From contig JAXHMG010000003.1 of NCBI GenBank assembly GCA_034521595.1, forward strand, positions 960,001 to 1,024,000: 64,000 bases of DNA, read 5' to 3'. A program made the translations under genes and the position numbers. The notes under the pieces are model-generated. The model searched no databases. It saw nothing but the letters and a program-made list of their open reading frames with translations, and was not told where the DNA came from. The DNA comes from Gemmatimonadota bacterium. GTDB lineage: Bacteria > Gemmatimonadota > Gemmatimonadetes > Longimicrobiales > Gaopeijiaceae. Below, piece after piece: positions 49,305 to 58,466 of the stretch (positions within the stretch are counted from its first letter, which is position 1; the number at the start of each line of letters is the position of its first letter).

Positions 49305-49932
49305 TTACCGAGGCACATCTTCTCCGGCTCTCTCCTGTGCCTTGCTGAGGATAGAGCGTCTATGCGCTGCCCCGATCAAGAAGACGCCTACCGTGAAATG
49401 TCGATGCCGGGAATAGTCATCGATTCCCTGTAGCATCGCTTCTTCACGACGTTCATTCATGGTCGTCCAGGGACCGCAATCCATGACGCGACGATGGTCA
49501 ACGGCTTTGCGACCGGCGAGCCATTCGACCGTGTCCGGACTTTTGGACTCCGGACCAAGCCTGACTGGACCGTTCGCTATTCAGATAGGCGAATCCGGAT
49601 CTCTCGATCCACGACGCGTTCTCGTCGATCAAGCGGCAGTACTTGCGGCTGGTGCGTTCAATCTTCTGAACTAAGAAGCGTTTTGCTCGAAAGAACCCTT
49701 CGTCCGGCTGGGGCAGGTCTACCGGAACAATCGGCACCTTTTCGGTTTCTCGGTAGCGCCTTATGGCGATCGATCTGAGGTTGCTGCGGGTGCCGTCTAG
49801 GAAGTCGCCGAGAGCTGCTGGCGGGAGTTCAAGGAAATTATCTGGTCGGATCCGTTCGAGAATCGCAACGAGGCGGGGAACGGCGACGAGCCCTTCCTCA
49901 TGAGAGTCCCGACGAACTAGCACACGGGTCAT
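49305..49932 (-). CDS. TraB/GumN/ChaN-superfamily-like protein (frameshifted cassette gene)
   Basis: HEEG, ERIRPDNFLE, RREEAM and FLIGAAH motifs spread over two frames. Confidence 0.5.
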
Positions 49933-49970
49933 TCCGCATCCCTCACTGACCTAGGCGGCATGTCTGAGGT

Positions 49971-50023
49971 TACGTAGGTCGAACCGGACGAAGTGAGCCG
50001 AGCGGGAAACATGCTCGTTAGGC
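49971..50023 (-). repeat. Half attC site (R'' side)
   Basis: Minus strand GCCTAAC-GAGCATGTTTCC..., similar to the matching half of 54370-54531. Confidence 0.6.
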
Positions 50024-50057
50024 GGCGTTGGGCCGTGTTCGGCCAGAGCGATCGCGA

Positions 50058-51025
50058 TCAGGTCACCAGTTCCAAGAGGTCGGTTTCAGTAATCTCTCTC
50101 ACCTCCAATCGACCGCGCTGCGATGCCGTGGTGGAATGCGGGAAGATGTCGATGACCAGGATGAAGAGAGACTTGTTGTTGTGCGAAAGCACGGGAAGAC
50201 CCGAAACCGTATCGCTCACGGCAAGCCCGAGATCTGCCTCGGACGTCTTGAAGACCACCAGATATCCGACGGGTTCAGTTGTAGTCCTGGGAGTAGATGT
50301 AGAGCTGATTGACCCCTCTTGCGAGGTAGGGGACGTCCTTGCCTGAGTCCGGATCGAAGATCTTGGCGTCCGCAATCAGTCGTTCCTCTCCGGTCTGCGC
50401 TTCGACCAGATCCGCCTCGCCGGACGCAGAAGCCGGTTCGATCGCAAAGTCGAGCCCCTGATCGAAGAGATATTGGTACATATCTAAGGCCAGCACCTTC
50501 TCGCCCCGCTTCTCCGCTGACTGCCACGTCTCAAAAAGTCTCGACCTGGAGAACCACTCGCAGCGGTGCTTGTAGCGAAGAAGGAGGCCGAGCACCGCCC
50601 GCCCGGTGTCCAGCTTCTCGTCGATGTACTCGTAGAGTGGCTCGGTCGAGAGCTCGTGTGAATTGCTCACCCCAACCCGACACGTGTGTCCCGTCTACCC
50701 GACCGAGCCGGTAGGAGACTGAGTACACTGGAGACCTCCCTCGTCGGACAGACTGGTGTTCGATGAGAGCGAGGGCGAGCGAAGCATGCTCTTCCTCCGT
50801 GGTCGGCTCGAAGAACCCCCCGGCCGTCAAGGAGCGGCTCAATCCGCTGGTTGGCATCTGGCACTTCTAGACGAAGGTCATCCAAAACACCCCAGAGTAA
50901 TGAGTGGCTCGAACGCCAATACTGCCTGAGCCCTAAGACGTAGTGGCCTCGGAGCGGGTCGAGTTAAGCCGACGCACTCGCTTCTGCAAACCGTATCGAA
51001 GTGCCTGCAAGACGTCGCTATTCAT
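50058..51025 (-). CDS. PD-(D/E)XK nuclease-like protein (frameshifted)
   Basis: GEKVL...SGEADLV...IADAKIF...QLYIY in ORF 50275..50670. Flanking frames continue the protein. Confidence 0.55.
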
Positions 51026-51254
51026 ATCCAGAACTCGATCTCGCCGAACGAGCGAAGGTGGTACTGAGTTCATCGACCGCACGACTACTTGCGCTCAGCT
51101 TTGCGGGCGCTGTTCATGTGATCGTCGAGTTGAAGGTTCCGCTTACATTCGGCGGCAGATGACTAGGTTCGAGTCCGGATTTCACGATCATCGCCGGGTT
51201 AAGGAAACCACACTTCGGGCATGGAACATCGATCTCCGCGTGATCGATGCCAAA

Positions 51255-51720
51255 CACGGCATCAGGCATTTCCCTCCTTCTCTTCGAACCCGGCGGCGTA
51301 GAGCGCGACGAGGCCACTCGTGAGATCTAGGATATGCACGACGCGCCCATCCGCGAGGTGGATGCCGATCTGCACTTCGCCTATGCCAAAAGCACCCTTG
51401 CCGTAATGCCCTCGGCCCACAGCCTTGCTGGGCCGACGTGGAGACCGCACCAGGCGTCCCACGCCGAACAGGATCGAGCTCGAAGTGCTTCGATGCGTTC
51501 GCTAGGTCCGGCATGCCCGAGAATCTGATGCTACCAACTCACGAAGGCGATCCGGAGGGAAGTCACAGGTATCATCCCGTTCGATCCACTCCCGCAGGCG
51601 GTATCCGTAACCACGAAGTTGAAGGCCCCATCAGACGTCACCTCGTCGTCCAGAGCAGCCAGATCCCGCTTCAATTTCTTGAAGAGGTCCTCCGCCCCGC
51701 TAGGCCGTAGCGTAACGTTC
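51255..51720 (-). CDS. Hypothetical protein (frameshifted), possibly HEPN-related
   Basis: Hand translation AEDLFKKLKRD...AFNFVVT...EWI...DLANASKHFEL...GRGHYGKGAFGIGE. Confidence 0.4.
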
Positions 51721-51787
51721 CTTCTCCCCTTGTTATCTAGGACGCCCGCTCACCAGTCTGGACCCTCCTACCTGAAGGCTCAATGCC

Positions 51788-51881
51788 GCCTAACGTTCAA
51801 AGTTGCGGTCGTGGCTCGCGAACACGAGGCATGATCGTCGTAGTGAGCGTACCGAACGAAGCCGGCAACTGATTGTTATGT
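51788..51881 (-). repeat. attC site (94 bp)
   Basis: Minus strand ACATAAC-AATC-AGTTGCCGG ... GACCGCAACT-TTGAAC-GTTAGGC, with a near-consensus inverse core, a canonical GTTRRRY core and paired L boxes. Confidence 0.8.
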
Positions 51882-51979
51882 GTCGTATGTCGACGTCGAT
51901 CACCCCATCTGTGACAACCCTGCGCAACTGTTGCACCCGTCGGTTCGTGCCGGGCCTGGGCGCGCGCCGCCCTCGTACT

Positions 51980-53134
51980 GCGATGAGAGCGCGAGGATTC
52001 GTTCGGAAGAACCCCTCCGCCGCGGATACAGTGATGTCGGTGCGGGTCGGTGATCAACTCCCTATCGCCTTCCCCTCGAACTGGGAAACACGATGACCGC
52101 GGCCGGCCCAATGCTTCAAGAGGATCGTTGAGTTCAGGAGGTCGGTCTGAAACATCGAAACTAGCGCTGTATCTACAATGCGTTGGGTCCACGCCCACGA
52201 AGTAGAACATGAATACTGACTTTTCGTGCGAAAGAAACTCCAGGGCCTTGTCTAAGTTGTAAGCCTTAGGGTTGCAGTCAGGACCACGATCTTGGTCTTC
52301 ACGTCCGTCTCCAGTCAGGAAACCGTCGAACGCCCTCCGATAGTCCCCAGCGTGTTCTCAGTCTTGAATGCAGGGATGCCCTGGCTCGCCCCATGGGACT
52401 GAAGTGCCTGTATGATCTCCTGTCGCAACGTGTCGTCTTCCCCAGCGATCAGGTATTCATTACCTTGCCGCGCACGTTTACTTTTCTCATTAAGGCTGTA
52501 AGCACGATTTCGTTGCGGAACCGATCAACTCTTTATCAAGGCTCTGCTTCAGAGTCACGGCGTGTTGCGATTTCACAAACCGGACCGCCCTGTTCAGGAG
52601 CCGCCACGATCGAACGCCTGGCGAGGTCATTTACGACATATTTGTGACCAGTCGGCGAAATGTTGTTCGTCGCCTCGACAAGCCGAACGAGGTTGTCATC
52701 GAATCCCACAGATGCATGGATATTGAAGAGGCGCTCAATGTTGGCCGGGACATTTTGGATGCCCTGGAATTCCGTCAGGATATCCGAGCCGTTGAAGCTG
52801 CCCTTGATATTATCTACCGGTAGTCACGCGAACTATGACTGATTTTTCGGAGAAGAAGTGGTGTTCGCAAGAAGGACGAAATTCTCAGAAGGTGTCACGA
52901 GACAGACCAGAAACGGGAAGACGTTGACCTCTCGAGATTGGAGAGGGACAGGACCGTATTTGAGAAGCGCTTCTCTGCGGCGGAACTGAACCTTATGGCG
53001 AAATCCTCGCAGTAGAACACTGAGCGGTCTTTCGTTAGGCCAAACTGGGCCGTGACTATACTCGCCAGTCGCGCCTTGTCGTTGATCCCATGGTGGCCAG
53101 CGATCACTTCTAAGAGCTGATTGAGCTTGCTCAT
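51980..53134 (-). CDS. Putative type II restriction endonuclease (frameshifted; 3' end approximate)
   Basis: MSKLNQLLEV...FAIRFSS...FSNTVLSLS...NIKGSFNGSDI.... Its ATG adjoins the 3' end of the MTase gene. Confidence 0.5.
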
Positions 53135-54115
53135 TTGACGAGCTTGAGGTCGCCTTCGGAATCGACCGTGCCGCCACCTCCATCCCTCGCTCTTGGCCCT
53201 TGCGGCTGTTCCGCTCCCAGAAGACTCCATCCGCATAGCCTTGGATAGACGGGTTGAGCGAAGCCGTGTCCAAGCGTTTGAGAGCCCAGCAGCAATATTC
53301 CGCCACCTGCTCAACGCCTAGGAACTTGCGGCCCAGTTTCTTGGACACTACCGCCATCGTGCCGCTCCCCAAGACCGGGGATCCAAATACAAAACCACTT
53401 CGATCCGTGCTGGCGAGGATCAGCTTGGCGAGGAGCTTCTCCGGCTTCCTAGTCGGATGGTCCGGTCCGGCATCGACCAAAAAGGAACCGTAATGTCGCT
53501 CCAGATATTCGATGGGTGCGTAAGACGGAAATTCCCGTCTTCACTTTCGTCCCAGTCTTTGGGATGTCCGGCCTCATCCCGGTACGGAGCGATCACCCGG
53601 CGCTTCACCTTTATGGTATTAATGTTGAAGTAGTAGGCATTGGACGCGGTGCAGAACCAGATATCCTCTAGTGTCCTCTTCCAGTTGGACTTCGCTCCCC
53701 GGCCTCTTCTCTCGCTCCCACGTGATCCGATTCACGACCAACTTGTCCTCCAGAATCGGCGCTATGAGCATTGATGTCCTCCAGTCGGAGCACACCAACC
53801 GTGCCCTGCGGTTTCAGCGCGGGAATCAGAACGTCGAGAACGGACCCAAACCACGACCGATATTCGTCCTTTTGTTTCTGCTTGAACAAACGCCCGTTGG
53901 GTTCTTTGTGATGTTGTAGGGAGGATCAACTACGATCAAATCGGCGAAATTGGTGGAAACGGTGCGACCTCAAAGAGGTCCTGGTTTACAACTTCCCCTT
54001 CCAAAGCATCCGCGGAAGTAGGCTCACTTAGGCGCTTGAGCCTCTTGGATAGACTCCTGATCTCGTCCTCGTCACATGACAACGTTCGATTTCGAGGGGC
54101 TCGGCTTTTGAGCAG
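53131..54115 (-). CDS. Beta-class N4/N6 DNA methyltransferase (frameshifted)
   Basis: DLIVVDPPYN precedes HPTxKPEKL and LGSGT (motif IV before motif I). Confidence 0.85.
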
Positions 54116-54369
54116 TTCCTTCGGAATACAATGCCGGATGTGGAAAGTTTCGAGTTCCTGAGCCATCTGCTGGGCCTGTACAGCAGCGCCAGCGGGTTCT
54201 TGGATCGGAGCGTGTGGACCCTCAGCGCCAGCTGCCAAGTTCAGTGCGGCTCGGCCCCGGACTGAACGGCGTCTCTGGGCTCTAACGTGGCGATGTCAAC
54301 CGTGGCACCGTAGTGGCTCTGGTGCCGAACATGAGCTTCTGAGGGTCGCGCCCCCGAGGACGCATGTCG

Positions 54370-54531
54370 CCATGACGTTCAGATGTTTCCGACGTGGCCA
54401 CCGCCGAGCTGCTTACATGCGAACAGAAGCGGAAGCCAAGTTCACTGCACCCAGTCTACGGACCCAAGGCGCTCGAGGCCATGTAGGTGGAGCGGGCGAA
54501 GCCCGCGGAACCGGAAACATTCTTGTCATCA
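54370..54531 (-). repeat. attC site (162 bp) with GAC/GTC variant ends
   Basis: Minus strand TGATGAC-AAGA-ATGTTTCCG ... CGGAAACAT-CTGAAC-GTCATGG. Confidence 0.7.
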
Positions 54532-54579
54532 CACGTCGCACACACCCCTGATGTCCGACACCCACCTGCGACTGCTATC

Positions 54580-55658
54580 GCCCCTCTCGAAGGGATTGAG
54601 CATGGAGGTGAAGGTACCTCTTCGAGAGGCTCTGGACTGGTCCGACTGGTAGATCTCCTCGGGAGCATCTTGGCCATGAAAAACGTCGTCCCGGTTCTTC
54701 TTGGCCTCAGCAAACGTCTCTAGGTCTGCGTCCGCCTGCTCTGGTGCCAGGCTGGAGGCGATCGGCGAACTTCTCCGTGAGCCGATACTTGTCCTTCATG
54801 ACATCCTGAACTCGACTGATGTAATGGCCGTGCGCCTCAGCAGGGACCTCACGTCGAAGCGCCTCGAAGAACCGCTTCTCGTCGTATCCAAACACCTTGT
54901 TGGTGAACATTTCCAAGGCTGCCCATCCCGCTCTGAAATGACCGGAGTCGGTCGGATGAGTTCTCCAGCGACGCTAGGAAGAGATTGAAGACTGGATCGA
55001 GCTTCCGGAGTACGTCAAGATCCATGAAGGTCTTCAGGACATCGTCCTTCAGTGTCGTAGGAAATGACTTCCAGTCCGGTAGCGGTCGCTGAGCCCCCCA
55101 TCTGTTTGGCGAAAACCTTCTTCCATCGCCGCGATCGTACCATAGAGCTGTTGTGTACGGCTTCAGGGTAGCCGAGTGCTCGGACTCCACCGATACCGCG
55201 AGCATAATAGCTGCCGTGGATCGTTTGGTATCACCACCTATATCGGCCCCAGAGGCTCCGTTCAGCCGGACAACAACCTCCCCGATCTGACGCTCTCGCT
55301 CCGAATCGGGAAAGTCGGCCACCTCCCCGATTCGCCGTACGACTAGGTAGGCCCTGGCCCGGCCAAGGTCTTGGCGATGAGATCGAGCGATCTCGACCTC
55401 CTGCTCAAGGCGCTCTTCCGGCGTCCCTTCCGGTCCGCCTCCACTCAGCGCGCGGAGCAGCATGTTGCCTACTGCCACGCTCAAGTCAGCATCGGCGCAA
55501 TGGGGATCAGGGTCCGGAGTGATGCATGCCCACAGACCGTCCTGATCCACGAGGACCACTTCCCCTTCAGCCGGTGCCGCGAGTCCGGATAGCTCCTGAA
55601 CGACGGTATGGACGAACTTGAAGACGGTATCCGGGATCACGTATACGGGAAGGCACAC
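54580..55658 (-). CDS. HEPN-domain protein, ApeA-like layout (frameshifted; 3' end approximate)
   Basis: C-terminal LEMFTNKVF...AKKNRDDVFHG with an RxxxxH motif at ~54676-54693. Confidence 0.6.
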
Positions 55659-55673
55659 CGCTCACGCGATGTC

Positions 55674-55833
55674 AGATAACGTTCTTGTGTTACCGACGTG
55701 GCCCACCACCGGAGCGCTCAGAGTTGACCGCCCGAGAGTAGGCGCCACTCCGCTTCCGCGCCACGAAAGCCTCGGGCCATGTAGGTCGGAGCGGACGCGA
55801 AGCGGCCGCGGAGCCGGCAACACTTTGTTATGT
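55674..55833 (-). repeat. attC site (160 bp)
   Basis: Minus strand ACATAAC-AAA-GTGTTGCCG ... CGGTAACAC-AAGAAC-GTTATCT. Confidence 0.8.
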
Positions 55834-56197
55834 GAAGTCGCGATCACGAATGGTCAGGCAACCGACACGTAGGCTACGACCAGTACCGTTCCCAATCCCG
55901 CCGCAGGGTTTCCAACAGACGTCGGGCTGCCTCTACCTCACCAGCACTTAGTTCCCACCGGGCGTTCAGCACGCGATTGCTAAAGCCGGACGGGAACGCA
56001 TTTCGGTCGAAGTTTCGTACCCCTCGCAGGAGTCGATCCAAGGCCTCCAGAGCACGCTGGAACTCCGACCGGTTGTCCCTCGTCGGCTCGGTGTCCCGCA
56101 GTATTTGGATCGCCCCGTCGAGGTAGCCTACGAGGACCGCCGATGGCGGTGGCGCCCCTGGCGGGGCGTTTGGTCGCTACAGCTTCCGCGTGCGTTT

Positions 56198-56416
56198 CTA
56201 GCTCCTCGGCCAGTTGGTGCAGGTCCGCGATCCGGCTTCGAACCAGTCGGGCAAGACCAGTTTCCCACCCCTCGGGGAGGAGGCGCGATAGTTGGCGGCC
56301 GAACTGCTCATCCGTGCCTGCCGCACCGACTGCACGGACGTCATCCCGAGTGCCTCAGCGAGGTCTTGATGCTTCGGACATTCCGTGAGCCGGTCCGTCG
56401 CCTCGATGAAGTCCAT
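56198..56416 (-). CDS. Small HTH DNA-binding protein
   Basis: MDFIEATDRL...HQDLAEALGMTSVQSVRQAR, RBS GGGAGG. Confidence 0.55.
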   Translation of the reverse strand: MDFIEATDRLTECPKHQDLAEALGMTSVQSVRQARMSSSAANYRASSPRGGKLVLPDWFEAGSRTCTNWPRS

Positions 56417-56437
56417 CCTTCGAAACCTCCCATGTGG

Positions 56438-56476
56438 GTCTATGGTAGCATAGACTGCCACGAGGGTCTATGTCAA
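56438..56476 (-). promoter_or_regulatory. Sigma70 promoter overlapped by three CATAGAC operator half-sites
   Basis: Minus strand TTGACA-N18-TATGCT. GTCTATG at 56438, CATAGAC at 56449, GTCTATG at 56466. Confidence 0.65.
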
Positions 56477-56727
56477 GATAGAACGGCCACCGCATAGCGC
56501 CCAGGCGTCTCTCACCGATAAGGCACAGGCGATTTCGTGCGTGCCTCCGCGCTCTGGCATTCAGCGAAGCCCGCTACGAGGCTTCCTCATCCTCTGGCGG
56601 CGGCATCTCTACATGGAACTCCTCCTGTGCCTCTTCAGTGCGGGTCGGCAAATAAGTTCCCGAAGGCCTCGCATACTCGCTCGCACTGCTCGCCTTTGAA
56701 CATCGAGCGGCAGTTCGAGAGAGGCCT

Positions 56728-57514
56728 TCACGGTGCCATCGAGACCGCCAATGCCTGCTTCACTTCTTCTGAGGACGGCTCGGCATCTCCATGTACTGAT
56801 CTATTCCGGAGCCGGTAGACATCCGGCAGGGCAGCTATGAGTGCTTGGTCAGGCTCAGGTGCGTTGGACAACGCCTTCATGGAAAAATCGAGAGTCGACC
56901 CAGTAAACCGTTGACCTTCATCCAAGAACGCGGCCATCAAGGCTCGAATGCCGCGCTCGAAACGAGCGAACCCGTCAACGAAATCCAGCACAGCGCTTCG
57001 TTCGGGGCTGACCGCGCCGCTGGGCTCGTCCGACTGAGCGGGTGCGGGCGGCGTAACGAATCGCACCTTTGTCCAAACTTCCCGACTAACCGTGTCGGTG
57101 ATCCAGCCATTTAGGTCGGTGTCGAACTCCGTCTCGAGAATCTGACCGAGTGCGTCGAACGCGGTTTCCATGTGATAGTCCAGACTGACGTCATCCACAT
57201 TCCCGTAGCGGTGTTGGATGGCGTTCCGCTCATCGACCAGCAGTTCGACCCGCGCGTGAAAATCCAGCTCGGTCGAGGCTCCATAGCTTGGCCAGGCTCG
57301 TGAGGGCTTCGTGGGTGTTAATAGTGCGGCTGCCGTTCTTCTCGTAGATCGGGACGTTGCGTTCTATCAGAGCGGCCTTGATCGCCAACTCCACTGCCTG
57401 AGCAAGATGCAGAACGGCCACCTTACGGTGGCGCGGCGTGTCACTGGCGTAGTTCTCAAGCCCATGCTGCAGGATTTCCAGGGCGAAGCGGAGGATCGGT
57501 GAAGTCTGTGCCAC
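56728..57514 (-). CDS. Protein with two HEPN motifs (frameshift near 57270)
   Basis: AVELAIKA...ERNAIQH in the N-half and FERGIR...LRNRSVH in the C-half. Confidence 0.65.
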
Positions 57515-57559
57515 TTCCGCGCCTTCCTTTGCCTAAGGTGTGGCTACCAGATCGGCCAA

Positions 57560-57600
57560 GCGATTTCACATAACTATCGGTAAGCGACACGGTAAGGCAA
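57560..57600 (-). other. attI-like site at the head of the cassette array
   Basis: Minus strand CTTACCG-N5-CTTACCG-ATA-GTTATGTG. There is a GTT core with no upstream attC hairpin. Confidence 0.5.
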
Positions 57601-57739
57601 TTATCCGCAACTGCGCACTCCAACAATCAGTACGAGGAGCGCTCTAACCGCCTGCTCCATAGCAGGTGAGCCGCGTTGCAACTAGAGGGATTACGGACAA
57701 GCCGTGCCAAATGTGGCCGCTTTGACTCCGATCCCCGCC

Positions 57740-58466
57740 TCCAGAAGTCCCAGTCTTCATGTGCGAGCGGAGCTCGGTTCGCTCGTCCCGATGAAAGCGC
57801 CAGTTGGGCAGAACCGAGTTCCATCAACGCTTTGAACCGCTCGGTACGGTGTCGTTCGAGACAGTGTCATCGTGGACGAGGATGTATTCGAGGCATTTCG
57901 GAGGTTTCTCAGCCAGCTCCGTGTTGAGCCAGATGCGGCCCACTTCCGCGTTGCAGGTTCCACCGGGTCTTCATCCGCCGGACCCGTAGGTCGCTCGCCT
58001 TGACACGGACCCTCGCCTCCCATGTTTCCAGCAGATCTGCAGCGGCATCGCGAACCTGTGAACGGTACCAACACTCGAGGACGGCATCCCTCTTCTCCCG
58101 ATCCGAGCCCCTGCGGACCAGCAGCTCCATCCGGGTCTTCCCGACGAGGCGCACCGAGGGTGGGCCATCATGCTCCACGACGTCCAGTCGATACCGCCGG
58201 CCCCGGAAGTAGTGGCTTTCTCCCGTCACGAGCTCGCGCCTCGATTGCCTCTCCTGGCCCTCGAAACTCCTTGCGACGACGCCGGATCCAAGCCAGGCGC
58301 GTCACAGATCGCCAGACGGACGGCATCATCGTCCAGGTGGAAGGAGCGGCGACACCTCACGCGGCCAGCCGGCGGGTAGACACCCCACATGGAGGTTCTT
58401 GATCTGCTTGCGCACGACGTCAACAGCGATGCCGCCGACCTCGATCTCGTGACGTTCAGTACTCAC
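57740..58466 (-). CDS. M48/DUF45 (YgjP-like) metallopeptidase/hydrolase associated with type I RM (frameshifted)
   Basis: VRKQIKNLH, GESHYFRGRRYRL, RRMKTRW, RAPLAHEDW. Confidence 0.75.

Noticed and set aside
57715-57743. TTTGACTCCGATCCCCGCCTCCA resembling a tRNA 3' end (att site)
   Set aside because: It does not match the tRNA at 45766, and it overlaps the probable end of the M48 gene.
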